Origin: Chrysomallon squamiferum
Lineage: Eukaryota; Animalia; Mollusca
DNA length: 64,000 nt
NCBI GenBank assembly: GCA_012295275.1
Contig: CM022675.1
Span: forward strand, 682,001 to 746,000
Direction of reading: 5' to 3'
Positions 24,008 to 38,067 of the stretch are shown one piece after another (the first letter of the stretch is position 1; each line of letters opens with the position of its first letter). The notes under the pieces are model-generated. The model was not told the origin of the DNA. It did not search any database and saw only the letters and a program-made list of their open reading frames with translations. A program made the translations under genes and the position numbers.

Positions 24008-25684
24008 GTAAGGTGCCACAGAATAGGTGTTTGCATGATAACAAGCACAACAATAACCAGCTGTATAGTTGCATCAGTACTCAAGTTTTGTAGACTTTTG
24101 ATGTGTGATCGATTTTTCTACGAAACAGTTTTGCTGCATTGTATTAACAATTTTGTTGATCATTTTTTCCATTCATTCTGAAGAATCCTTCTTGTGAAAT
24201 AAAATATAAAATAGTCACGGCACGCATTATAGCGTTTATTATCTAGCTTTATGCATTGGTAAAATTATTATGATGTTATCTAGTCGGTATTTTTACCTTT
24301 CGTCAGACGGTATTTAGTAGACTGGTTTAGTTGTTAAAAATCGATTAAAACAATATGTAACGTGTAAGATATGTAACTAAAATAAATATCATGATAGAAT
24401 ATACTTATATTAACCTAGTACCAAAAGTAGGATGTGCTACATACTCGAGAGACCAAAAATGGATATAAATTATAAGTTTGCAAACTGCCAAATGAAATGG
24501 GTATCTCACAATCTGGCAGAGTTATTGTTCTTAAGTCAAGTGTGCAGTATCACCAGTTATTTTTGGGTAACATTATACGAAGGCTGTTAAATCTCTTCAT
24601 ATATCTCAGTGGAAGTATTTGTCTGATAATGTTTTCTGCATTTATTATTGTAATGTGTACCTTGGGTTTGAAATGTTGCATTGTTTATCTCCTTTTTAAA
24701 TGCAGAGCCTCATTATAATATATATATGCTGTAGGCCCCAGAGTAGCTTAATCTGGCCATGGTCAAAACTGCAACTTTTTACAGCAGTGAGTTGCACCTT
24801 CCTGTTAAACTTGGACATAAAATATTGGATCCTTAGTTAATTTATGGCACTGACATATTTTAAAGACTGTTTTTATACAGTTTGTTATTTTGCTAGTAGC
24901 AAGTATTATATGACCTTTTATATAAGGGCTAGAAGCAAAACTACAAATTCTGGCAAACATATTCAGTGAATCTGACAGTTCCTTGATCTAAATTTGAACA
25001 TTACTAGTTTGCTCACATTGTTTGCTGTAGAATGTAAGGGTATAATACTTTTTCTTTTTTTTGTTGTTTTTTTTGTTGTTTTAACTTTAAAACAAGGCCT
25101 TGAAAGTTAAAAACAAGGCATTGGAACATACTTCTTTTATAATAAAAAAAAAAAAAAAAGTAAGAAAAATAAGGGAGAAAGAAGAGAAAATATTATATCT
25201 TTAAATTCTAATGCCTGCAAAAGCTTATATTAATTATTACCCAGTGATTTTTGTTTATATTATGTTTTATTATTATTATTATTATTTTTCTTCTTACTGT
25301 TATTACTAATTTTTTTAATTAATTGTTGTTGTTTACATAAAAAAAAAAATGGTTAAATTTTCATTTTCAGATCTAGTTATTGTGACAAATATGTCACTAA
25401 TTAGATAACAGATTGTCTGTATGTTTGGTCTGTTATTTGAGGCTGTTGTCAGCTTGACATTTGTTGTTTAGAATATTTTGTTTATCTCCAACACATAACT
25501 AACTTCCTCAGTAATACTTAGATGTTATACAACCTGCAAATACAACAGTTATTATTATCTTTAGTAAAATATCTGGATTAAAAGAACTAACACATGTTCA
25601 CATTATCAACAAACTGCTACTACATTATAAAGAAGAGTCCACTGTATTGTGGTGTTGTTAAACTGGCAGCTAAATGTACTGTAG

Positions 25685-26008
25685 ACCAATGGTTAAGATG
25701 GTAATACTACTGGTTAGTATGGCATCATAATATCAGTGGTTAATATGGAGTCATAATGCCAGTGGTTAATATGGAGTCATAATGCCAGTGGTTAAGATGG
25801 AGTCATAATACCAGTGGCTAAGATGGAGTCATAATACCAGTGGTTAAGATGGAGTCATAATACCAGTGGTTAAGATGGAGTCATAATACCAGTGGTTAAG
25901 ATGGAGTCATAATACCAGTGGTTAAGATGGAGTCATAATATGATGTTAAGATGGAGTCATAATATTAATGGTTAATATGGACTCATAATGTCAATGGTTA
26001 AGATGGAG
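25685..26008. repeat. 26-bp minisatellite (GATGGAGTCATAATACCAGTGGTTAA)
   Basis: About 11-12 units; ATGGAG at 25745, 25771, 25797 and onward. Confidence 0.92.
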
Positions 26009-26821
26009 AGATTAACACAGATGCATAATGCCACTAATGTTTTGTTTGATTCAAGATACAGTTATAATCTGGTTGCAATTTAATTAGCAGTTGAAGATGT
26101 TTTTGCCACCACTTCAGAAAAAAAAACACTTCTCTTCACAAATCTTTTAACATCGTAGCACAGTTACAACTTGCCAACACTTCGAAAAGTAGCTTCATAC
26201 TCTTAGCAGAATTACAAAGAAATGTCTGCTGGCAAGATCTAGAACAAAACTGTGGATTTACTCAAGTTATTCACATGTTGCTTATTTGCGTAAAGCAACT
26301 TCATTTTTGTATATTAATCAATAATGATAAAACAAGATAAAAGTGTACAGTGTAAAAGGTCATCAAGGTCACAAGCTTAATGTCTTTGTTGTTTGCTAAT
26401 GACATATACTAGAGTGAACTTCATGAACCATGAAGCTAGGTAGAAATCATGGATGAATAGTTTCTTACTGTTTCTTTTTGTTGTTGTTGTAATTTTTGTG
26501 ATAAGCTTGGTTACAATTCAGATAACAATATATTTAGTTCAGGGTTGTTAAGTTGTTATTGAGAGGCCGGAGTTTTACATCTATAATAGCGACATTAATA
26601 AACACTGTTAATATCCCTTTTCTGTTTATTTAATTAATTTTTTTAAATTCTTATTTTGGTATTTTTTTGTTTGTTGTTACAGGTTTTAGACTTGTTTTAT
26701 ATTCAGTTGTAGTTACGAAAAGATGTTAATATTTTTAATATTTAAATTTATTTTTTCATTATAGGTTTATATATATAAAACTATAATAAATATATATGTA
26801 TGCATGTATGCATGTACGCAT

Positions 26822-26860
<39 letters not shown>

Positions 26861-27248
26861 TTCATTCTGTTTTTAAATGTACCTTTTATACTTAATTTCT
26901 AATTCAACAACAACATTTAACATTGGTGATGAACACTTAATTAGTAATACTGTGTTTCTTCACAATGCATGTTCTTGCACAGTAAACAATAACAGTAAAC
27001 AATCCGTCACCTGGAACTGTCACATTTTAATCTTGTCACACGAAGCCAGCACAATCGGGTGTCAGCATTTCTCAATACAGTATTGATTTCTCTTTTACTT
27101 TCAGCGTTATGCTTTTTGTAACGGCGCTCAAGAAACACCCAAGATGTGTGAATAATTGATCGACCAATCACATCGAGTATGTTGTTGCTGCTGCTGCTGT
27201 AGTCACGGCCACAGGACAAGTTTTTTTTTTTTTTTTTTTTTTTGCAGC

Positions 27249-27403
27249 ATGCCAACCGACACTGTTGCCAAGTCAACAAAGTCCAAGTCAGGACAGATGA
27301 TTCGTAGATACCGAAGTAACACTGAAAGCAGAGCATCCATTCCAGGTATGAGTCGTTTCCGCGATGATGTTGATGCTGACAGTCTGTTGCCACCGTCAAT
27401 GAG
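27249..27403 (+). CDS. WDR37: WDR37 coding exon 1
   Basis: poly-T gcag|C ATG CCA ACC (MPTD) ... ATGAG|gtgaga. Confidence 0.88.
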
Positions 27404-28172
27404 GTGAGAACAGTTTTTAATTTTTTTACTTATTGAATTGTTTAATTTTTAAATAATTTTTTTTTTTTTTTTTTTTTTTTTTTGCTAGAGCAATGTAAAC
27501 TTTTTCCTTTTTTTCTGAAATTTGTTTTAAAAGTTTGATGCACTGCGTAAAAAGTTTTAATAAATTATAGGTTGGGTTAAATGTGCAGTTGTCTGTTAAT
27601 AATAATAGATAATAAAAAAAAACATCTGATGTAATTTAATTTGAAAAAGTAAAAAATAAATTAAATACAGCTTGAGATAATTTATTTATAATCTGTTGCA
27701 ATTTTTTTTATTTACAGTGATATTCCATTCTATTTATTTCATTTATTAATAATAATAATGATAATAATGTTGATGATAATAATAATGATGATGATGATGA
27801 TGATGATGATGATAATAATGATACTTATTCCATTTGAAACAACATCTGTTTTTATGCTTACTGTTTCTAATATTGTTTCTTTAAATAATATGTGTTGCAG
27901 TTACTTTATTTTTGCTTTTTAAAATAGCAAGACATTCAAATTCTGAACTAATTCCTACAAAAAGAAAGTTAGGTGGACAGTCATTTAGAAATCATTTAAA
28001 TTTTGAAACTGATAAATAAGTTAGAAATATTGTTCATTACCAGTCTAAATCCATATTTTGCTTATATTAGTGACAGTTAAATACACATACACTACAGAAC
28101 TACTGATGTTTAAATTTATACATAACAATACATACATACATATATACCTATATACATACAGAGACAGACATA

Positions 28173-28204
<32 letters not shown>

Positions 28205-28360
28205 AATACATACATACACACATACATACATACATACACATATACAAACATACACACACACACACACACACACAGACATGCATGCACACACACATATATT
28301 TATATATATATATACACATACATATTTAGCTAGTTACACCTGAAAAACACACACACCTGA

Positions 28361-28394
<34 letters not shown>

Positions 28395-29110
28395 TTAACA
28401 TCACATTAACTCACAAATAAAATCCTGCGTTAATCCTAACAAGCTCTTTCAAGTGTTAAATTGAAAATTTAAGACAGCAGATAAAACTGTAAGTGACAGA
28501 ATTATAATAGGCTTTGTGTAATCTTTTGTTTTCATTTTGTACATTGACAGCTGTAACAGTGCACACACAGAAAAGTTAATAACAGGCTTCAGTAGATACT
28601 AATTGTTTATTACTTCTTTTTTATAATTACTTTTTATATTTAATATAAGGTTTAATTTTTTTTTTTTTCTTTCCTAAATTTTAGTTTTCCATGATAATAA
28701 GAAATTACTCATTACTTGTTTAAAACAAAAATGCAACTAAACAGTTTTTAAATATATAACACACCTAATCCTGTGTTAAAATAGCAGATTATAGTTTCAT
28801 ATGTACACATGTGCATCTCATTTTCTTTTTAATTCACACACACAAACTTGTAACATCATCCAAACCATTCTACATAATATATAGTGCTTTACACTTAGTG
28901 CTTCTGTGGTCAGGGGAGATTACTCAGTCAACTTGTTAAATTTATGATGTGTTATTTATTTAGCACATTTTAAAAATCAGCTTCAGTCAATACACGTGCA
29001 CTTATCCCTCTCTTTTTTGTGTGTGTATTTCTGAACACTACATTTTTTTTCAAAAAAGTTATTAGAGGTATATAAAAACTTCAGTGTTAACATTTGAATT
29101 TTTATTATTA

Positions 29111-29157
<47 letters not shown>

Positions 29158-29809
29158 TTAACTGTCTTCTGTGTTTTAATTTCAGAGAGAGGCTGTACGA
29201 CCTGTTTGGACAGATTGAAAAAGAATTTGAAGTTTTATACTCGGCTAACCTTGCCTGTAAGTTAACTGATAAAAATGTGCTGCCTGACAAAGTGTTTTCC
29301 ATTTATGGATTTGTTCATTTATGTTAAAATGCAAATCTATCCAATTGTATCCATGAAAGGTCTACTCATATGTTACTTATTTTCAAGTTTCCATATATGG
29401 GCTACTTTCTGTTGTGCTATTTTCAAGTGTCCATGAATGGCCTACATATATATTACATACATGAGAAATTATTGATTAATTTATTACTGTTAAAATTTAT
29501 GTTTGGTGCTATGAACAAATGGCCTAAATATATGTTCTGTATTTATTTGTTTATTTTGTGAATTTATTGATAAAGTATAGTACACATGCATGCACATACA
29601 CACCTTTCTTTATGTATGTAAGTCTACAATGCCTTAATTTTAAGAATTTAGAAAACTTTCTATGGGTACAAATATATCGAAATTTATAAAATTTTATTAG
29701 TATACCCATTGAAAATTGTACTTAATTTTTTTTTCAATTATTTATTTTTTTTTATTTATTATTTATTTGTTTGTTTGTTTGTTTGTTTGTTTGTTTGTTT
29801 GTTTTGTTT

Positions 29810-29868
<59 letters not shown>

Positions 29869-30299
29869 TGTTTTGTTTTCTCAGTACAAGAAAGAGTTGA
29901 AATATTGTCGGGGTCGAGTGTGGACAAACAAGTAATTGACGTCCCTGATGCTGGTGATGTTGGACAAAAACAAAAACGATGTGAGGCTCATGTTTATCAC
30001 TTCATGTGCAAATTTGAACTTTTTAAAATCTTTATTTTTTATTAATTATCTTTTTTTTTAAAAGTAGTCAGTATATTTTTGTTATTGTGAAATCATTGAA
30101 TTATGTTAAGCTTTGTCTTATAACAAGATTTCATTGTTTTCTTCTTATTATTATTAATTTTATTATTATTATGAATGTGGTGGTGGTTATTATTATTATT
30201 ATTATTGTTATTAATATTATTAATACCATTATTGTATATTATTACTAACTATTATTATCATTTTCATTATTGTTGTTGTTAATATTATTATTATGATTA

Positions 30300-30334
<35 letters not shown>

Positions 30335-32295
30335 CATTTTCTTCTATTATTATTACTACTATTATCATAATTATAATGATCATTTTCATTATTATTGTCA
30401 TCATTAATATTATTTTTATTATTATTATCATTTTCTTCTATTATTATTACTACTATTATCATAATTATGATGACCATTTTCATTATTATTGTTGTTATCA
30501 TTAATATTATCATTTTCATTATTATTATCATTTTCATTATTATTATCATTATCATTTTCATTGTTGTTGTTGTTGTTGTTGTTGTTGTGATTATTATTAT
30601 TATTATTACTATTACTAAGCAGCAAGTCAGTTGTCTCAGAAGATTAAGACTACGTACAAAGCTTCAACAAGTAAAATTGTCTCAAGTTTCCGGGCCCAGT
30701 CTTCCCTCTACAATCTAGTGCGAGTGTACAGAGGTCACAAAGATGGAGTCTGGGAGGTCAGTGTGTCCAAAACAGGTCACCAGGTCATTGGAACAGCTTG
30801 TGCTGGTAATATTAAAAAAAAAAAAAAAAAATGTTTTAATTTTTTATTGTTGTAATTAGTTGGTTTTCTGTCATTTGATAATTCTTTCAGTGAATGTTCA
30901 TATAAAGCTATTTGTTTTCTGATAGCATCCACTATTCTTTTGTATCACATGGATATTATACAACCCCAGAACAAGAGTAATTTAAAAAAAAAAAAAAAAG
31001 TGTTTGATAAAACTGGAATGTTTATAAATATTTTATTAAATGATTTTACTCACAGATTGTGTTTCTTGTTTTTAAAAACGAATAATTTCCGTTTCAGATC
31101 ACAGAGCCAGGATCTACTCCATAGAGACTGGTCAGTGTCTGGTCCAGTATGTGGGTCACCAGGGGTCAGTCAACTCGATTCGGTTTCACCCAACGCAAGA
31201 TCTCGTCCTAACTGCGTCAGGTGATGAGACAACTCATATCTGGAGACCTCAGATAACTCTACCTTCACACGCAGACGCTGTGGTTTGTTCTAACTTTTAT
31301 TTATTTAACAATACACAGTCTTCATAATACACACTTCATAATACACAGATTTCATAATACAGTCTTCATAATACACATATTTCATAATACACATACTTCA
31401 TAATACACATTCTTCATAATACAGTCTTCACAACAGACTTCATAATACACATACTTCATAATACACAGTCTTCATAATACACAGACTTCATAATACACAG
31501 TCTTCATAATACACATACTTCATAACACAGTCTTCATAACACAGTCTTCATAATATACAGACTTCATAATACACAGTCTTCATAATACACAGTCTTCATA
31601 ATACACAGTCTTCATAATACACAGTCTTCATAATACACATACTTCATAATACACAGTCTTCATAATACAGTCTTCATAATACACATACTTCATAATACAC
31701 ATACTTCATAATACAGTCTTCATAATACACAGTCTTCATAATACACATACTTCATAACAGTCTTCATAATACACATACTTCATAACACACAGACTTCATA
31801 ATACACAGACTTCATAATACACAGTCTTCATAATACACAGACTTCATAATACACAGTCTTCATAATACACATTCTTCATAATACACAGTCTTCATAATAC
31901 ACATACTTCATAATACACAGTGTTCATAATACACAGTCTTCATTGGTTAAATGTTTTATTTATTTCATAATACACAGTCTTCACTGTTTTGTATCAGTGA
32001 CTATTTAACATCTTGACAAAACTGTCTATTTTTTTTTATATCTTTTTTTAGAAATCTCATTCTTCAGGTGAAGATGATATAGAGAGTTCTGAGAAAGAAG
32101 ATGCAGCAGATGGTAAGTAAATGATGACATCAGTGATGATGTGATAAGTTTTAATTAATTAAATGAGATCAAAAGTAATATCAACAAAAGATTTTACATG
32201 TCCTCAAAAGAAATAAACATCATAGAAATAATGTGTTTATTCTCAATTTTATATTATATATTTTCCTAATCTTTGGTAACTAAACCATACCAGTT

Positions 32296-32328
<33 letters not shown>

Positions 32329-32329
32329 T

Positions 32330-32360
<31 letters not shown>

Positions 32361-33553
32361 CAATGTTAAAAAAATGTAAAAAAATATTACAAAATATAAA
32401 TAATGAGAATAAATAAATCTATGAATGAACAGATTTAGCCCCCACAGATAAATAAATAAATAAATAAATAAATACAATTAGTGTCTCTTTTTATATATTT
32501 ATTTTTTTATTAAATATTAGAAATAATATATTATTATAATAGAATAGTAAATGAATCTATGTCTAACACTCTTAAAAAAAGAAATAAAGAAATAAAATCT
32601 GACAAGGACTGTTTTTCTTTGGTATTTTGTTAGAGATAAAAATGAAAATTTAATCATGTTTTTTTATTTCTTTGTTTTTCAGATGCCGGAGACCAGATTC
32701 ACGACGGAACAAAACTACGCACAGCCCAGCTGGAGCTGTCAGGTCACATGGGCGTGGTAATCGCAGCTGATTGGATGTCGGGAGGAAGTCAGGTGATCAC
32801 GGCATCATGGGATAGACAAGCCATTCTGTACGACGTTGAGTCTGGAGAACAGATAACTACTTTAACAGGTGAGAAATCACAGGGGGAGACATGTCTCAAA
32901 GTGTAGGGGGTTGTCTGAATTGTCCTGATTAAAAAGAATGATAAATGTTGTGTTATGATGATTTGGGGAAATGGCTGATTTGTTGTTGGGTGAGAAACTG
33001 GGGGCAGATCTAATTGAGTTAGGAAGGGGGTCTGAATTTTGTTTTTAAAAAGATCAAAATGCTGTATTAGAATGATTGGAAATGACTGATTCTAAAAATA
33101 ATATATTTAGAAGTTGTTAATACTGCATGGTTCTGATTAAGTGACAGTATTTAGTATCACATTATTTCACAGTATAATACTGCTTTTTACAAATAATGAA
33201 GACAAAATGATTAAAAACTATTGTATATTTAATATCACATTATTTCACAGTATTATTACTTTTTATAAATACTGCAGACAAAATGATTTAAAACTGTTGT
33301 TTAACAATTGTGAATCTAGTATGTTATTACTAGGTTTAATGCAATTTATGTACAATTGTTTTTACTAAACATAATGTTTGACATACCATTTTAAGCTGTG
33401 CTTAATTTTTTCCAAGAGTAGCCATTTGGTATTTCTAAAAGTCAGTATTGGAAACTACAATTGTAGCTGTATATAAATGAAGTCTTAATGTTAATTTTAA
33501 TTATTATTACTATGATGATGATGATAATGATGATGATTATTATTATTATTATG

Positions 33554-33591
<38 letters not shown>

Positions 33592-34263
33592 TGCTGTTTA
33601 ATAAGGAACAGAATATTAATATATATATATATATATTATTGTTCAGTTTGTACTTGTTTTTGGAGCTGACAGAAGTCAATTTTAAGCAAGTGTTTAAAAG
33701 AATAAAAATATTAAAATATAGAAGTATGTTGAAAAGAAGTTTTAAGATTCTAAAAATTTTTTGTTGTTGTTGTTCAGGTCATATTTGTTTTTGGTGCTGA
33801 GAGAAGTAAATTTTAAGCGAGTATTTGAAAGAATCAACATATTAAATAATTGTTTGTTTATATTCATGAGCTGAGAGAAGCAAATTTAAAAAGAGTGTTT
33901 AAGATTTTAAAATATTTTGTTGTTGTTGTTGTTGTTAGGTCACATTCAGGAGCTGACAGAAGTACATGCACATCCCACTCAGCGTCTGGTCGTCACATCG
34001 TCCAAGGACATGACGTTCAGACTCTGGGACTTCCGCGATCCTTCGATGAAAGTTAACGTGTTTCAGGGACACACCCAGTAAGTTAAACAGCAACATAGTT
34101 AAATATCTCACCTTGTTCAAAAAATAATTAAAAAATAACTAACGCTTTTTAGATTTCCTATTTGAAATTGTGAGAAAATGAAGTAAATGTATTTATTTGT
34201 TGCTGTTGTCCTCCATAACTGTACTTTTAAATTTATTTAATTTATTTTTGGAAATAAATTCTT

Positions 34264-34310
<47 letters not shown>

Positions 34311-34503
34311 TGTATGTATGTATGTATAAATATAGATATATATAAATCAGTATTATGAAATGCTTAGTTTTCTTTGAAAAAAAGAAAATAAATTATAAAT
34401 AAACTGTCATACTCAAAACATTTTTATTTTATTTAATTTTATATTATATTTATTTATTAATTATTAATTATTTTTATTATTTTTATTTTATTTTATATCA
34501 TTT

Positions 34504-34566
<63 letters not shown>

Positions 34567-35892
34567 CTTATTTATTTATTTATAGATTTATTTATTTATT
34601 TATTTTTTTTTATATTTTTTTATGTTTATTTATTAGATTTATTTGTTTATTTATTTATTTATTATATTTATTTATTTATTTATTAAATTTATTTATTTAT
34701 TTGTTTATGTATTTATTTATTTATTTATTTATTTTATTTATTTATTATTTGTTTAATTTTTATTTATCAAACTTATTTGTTTATTTGTTTGTTTGTTTGT
34801 TTATTTTGTTTGTTTATTTTGTTTATTAATGTATGTATTTGTTCACTCAGGCCTGTGACAACTGCTGTGTTTGCTGGGTCTGATAAGGTGGTATCAGGAA
34901 GTGACGACAGAACTGTCAAAGTCTGGGACCTGAAAAACATGCGGTCACCCATGGCAACCATTCGAACAGACTCGGCAATTAACAGGTGAGAAAGTTTAAA
35001 TTAGTAATCCATTTTTGTTTTTATGTTTTATTTTATTATTGTATATAAGTCAATAAACAAATAGACGATCTTGCAGAGTCATACCTTTAAACTTTTATAA
35101 ATATTTCTTTATATATATATATTTATATATATATATGAGAGAGAGAGAGGGGGGTGTCATATGAACACATATTTCTAGAATATTTGGAATGTAACAATAA
35201 AATGTAATTCCAATATTTTATTTTGTAATAACTTATGTAATATAATATCATCTACTACAGTAATAATACATCTGACTTGTGAAAATATTTTTATGTACAG
35301 CATATAGTGTAGTTATTTAATACTATAGAATTTCAGTGGACCTACAACTAACCGTAATTCTGACTTATGAAAGTATTTGTGTCTACAGTATGTAGCATAA
35401 GTTTTTGATATTCTCTGCAACTAATATTATACCTGATTTATGAAAATACTTGTGTGTGTAGATATATATACATATATGTGTGTGTGTATATATAATATAT
35501 TGATGTTACAGAATATCAGTGTCATCTACAACCAATCTTATTGCCATACCTCATGACAATCGTCACATTCGACTGTTTGACTTGAACGGAGTTCGTGTGG
35601 GACGACTTCCTCGAAGTAACAGACAGGTAACATTTTATTCAGATGTGTTTGCAGTTTGGTTTGTAACTTCATAGCCTCTTTTCCTAAAATTAGTAGTAGA
35701 GAGTTAACACATCTGTGTGTCTGAAACGTCTGTTTTTAAAATGGTTGAATTAAGAAAATAAGAAATTGGAAATTTTATATCTCATCTGTTAAATCTGGGA
35801 TTTTTTTTGGTATTTTAGAATTTACATTGAATTTTTACTACTATTACTACTAATGTTTATTCATATTCATATTCACAGTGATAGTCATATTA

Positions 35893-35951
<59 letters not shown>

Positions 35952-36285
35952 TTAAATTATATTAAAAATATTATGTTTAATTATGTTTTGTTTTTTTTAA
36001 ATTAATTATTCAATAAAATTATTATTATTATTAATGTTTTTAAATCATATTAAAAAAGACCTACACTAGGAGGGTCATCATATTTGTGTTTCATTTTTAA
36101 AATTAATAAATTAAAAAGAAACATTTGTATTTTACAAATTAAAAAGTATTTATTGAATTCAGGGCCACACCCGAATGGTTTGTTCAGTTTGCTGGGCAGA
36201 GGAGAATCCTATGTGTAATTTGTTCTCTTGTGGCTTTGATCGACAAGTTCTTGGATGGAACATCAACACACAGACAAAGGAATAG
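27249..36285 (+). CDS. WDR37: WD repeat-containing protein 37, whole coding span (11 exons, ~482 aa)
   Basis: [63 protein letters not shown] and [10 protein letters not shown] match WDR37. Exons 27249-27403, 29186-29256, 29885-29980, 30623-30805, 31098-31282, 32052-32112, 32683-32868, 33939-34077, 34851-34985, 35512-35626, 36163-36285 sum to 1449 nt in frame. Confidence 0.95.
29186..29256 (+). CDS. WDR37: WDR37 coding exon 2
   Basis: ttcag|A ... GCCT|gtaagt; [23 protein letters not shown]. Confidence 0.92.
29885..29980 (+). CDS. WDR37: WDR37 coding exon 3
   Basis: ctcag|TACAA ... CGAT|gtgagg; [10 protein letters not shown]. Confidence 0.85.
30623..30805 (+). CDS. WDR37: WDR37 coding exon 4 (start 30620 or 30623)
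   Basis: [34 protein letters not shown]; donor GCTG|gtaat. Confidence 0.9.
31098..31282 (+). CDS. WDR37: WDR37 coding exon 5
   Basis: tttcag|ATCAC ... GTG|gtttgt; [27 protein letters not shown]. Confidence 0.92.
31308..31985. repeat. 14-16-bp minisatellite (CTTCATAATACACAGT) filling WDR37 intron 5
   Basis: About 40 tandem units. Confidence 0.95.
32052..32112 (+). CDS. WDR37: WDR37 coding exon 6
   Basis: tttag|AAATCT ... GATG|gtaagt; [20 protein letters not shown]. Confidence 0.88.
32683..32868 (+). CDS. WDR37: WDR37 coding exon 7
   Basis: ttcag|ATGCC ... ACAG|gtgaga; [20 protein letters not shown]. Confidence 0.93.
33939..34077 (+). CDS. WDR37: WDR37 coding exon 8
   Basis: gttag|GTCAC ... 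ACCCA|gtaagt; [33 protein letters not shown]. Confidence 0.93.
34851..34985 (+). CDS. WDR37: WDR37 coding exon 9
   Basis: ctcag|GCCTGTG ... AACAG|gtgaga. Confidence 0.94.
35512..35626 (+). CDS. WDR37: WDR37 coding exon 10
   Basis: ttacag|AATATCA ... AGACAG|gtaaca; [29 protein letters not shown]. Confidence 0.93.
36163..36285 (+). CDS. WDR37: WDR37 last coding exon
   Basis: ttcag|GGCCAC ... GAA TAG; [28 protein letters not shown]. Confidence 0.93.
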   Translation, partial: GHTRMVCSVCWAEENPMCNLFSCGFDRQVLGWNINTQTKE

Positions 36286-37275
36286 AATTCATCAGACTCT
36301 CTACCAGTGTTTAAAATAAACTTACGAATATTGTTAAAAAAAAAAAAAAATGACTATGAGACAAACTGCATTAGTTCAGTACTCATTTACTTGGAAATAA
36401 TTTTGACAAAAAAAAAACGAAACCTTTTTTTCAAAAACTTTGTTTAATTAACCATTTTGAGATCTGCAGGACTCTGCTAAACATATATATACACAATTTA
36501 AACACATACACACCCATATATATATGGGTGTGTATATATATGTTTTGTGAAATGCTGAAGACACCGAAGATTGCATATTTTGTGGACTTCAAGGTCAAGG
36601 TTGTTATAGATACTTGTTTTCTTGTGTTGTTCATTTTTGAGAAAAAGTTTTAAGTTGATATTGGAATTTTCTCCTTTAACTTAATATGAAGTTACATTAA
36701 TATGGTGTGTTTTCTTTAAAGAAAACAAAAATAGAAATACTACTACTATTAATAATAATAATATTTTCAATATTTTGGACACACCAGGTGAAACAGTGGT
36801 GACCTTATAGTTATAATCTCAGAAATCTTTAAATATAACAATTCCCAGTTTTTTCACTACATGATTATTTCAAGGAACCTGCTTGTTTTCAGTGAAAAGA
36901 GAGGATTAACGCAAATAAATAAATAGATAAATGTTTATAAAACTGATACATTTCATATGGAATAATGTTCCCTCATGCGTGTGTGTGAAAAATCTGTTGC
37001 AAGATTAGAAATGAATCTTAATTTTTATAATTTTTAAATTTTTTTAACAACTCTACTCAAAGATACATTGTGATATACATACATGTGTAGACAGGCACAG
37101 TAACATCCAGGCTGAAAGTCAGAAGATTTTTAAACTGACAAACATAGCAGGAAAGAAAAGTCCATGAAAAACTTTTATTTTATTTTATTAAGAAATTTTT
37201 TAGTTTATGGGTGCAGATTCTTAAATTAATTTGCTTGACTAGTGTCTGCAGGATTTATTATTATTATTATTATTA

Positions 37276-37340
<65 letters not shown>

Positions 37341-37344
37341 ATTA

Positions 37345-37416
<72 letters not shown>

Positions 37417-37994
37417 TTATTATTATTTTTATTATTATTATCTACTAAATTAATTTATTTATTTAGTTACTTTAATTGTTTTTTCCAGTTATTATTATTA
37501 TTATTTAATCTTTAAACAAATTATTATTATTATTATTATTATTTTTGATTGTTAATGACATGTCCAGTTTATTTTTATTTATTATTAACTAAAATAAGCT
37601 TTTTTTTATTATTATTACTATTATTATTTTTATTTGAAATTTACTAGGATATTTATTTATTTATGATTTGATTTCCAAGTATTAATTTTGATTCTCCAGT
37701 TCATTTTTGATCATATTTATTCTTTAAACAAATTGTATTATTTTATTTTTTTGATGTTTATGGACATGTCCAGTTTGTTTTTGATTTAGCTACCAACTGA
37801 AAATTATTATTTTTATTACGAAAATAAATGATTGTTAAGAGTTTTATTTTTATTTTTTTTATTTAGTTAAGATTTTTTGATGAATCACAATGATATTTTT
37901 CAGTTGATTTTATTATTATTATCATTATTATTTTTAATTTTTTTTTATCATCACATACTGATTTTTTTTAATTGTTAATAATAATAATAATTAC

Positions 37995-38067
<73 letters not shown>

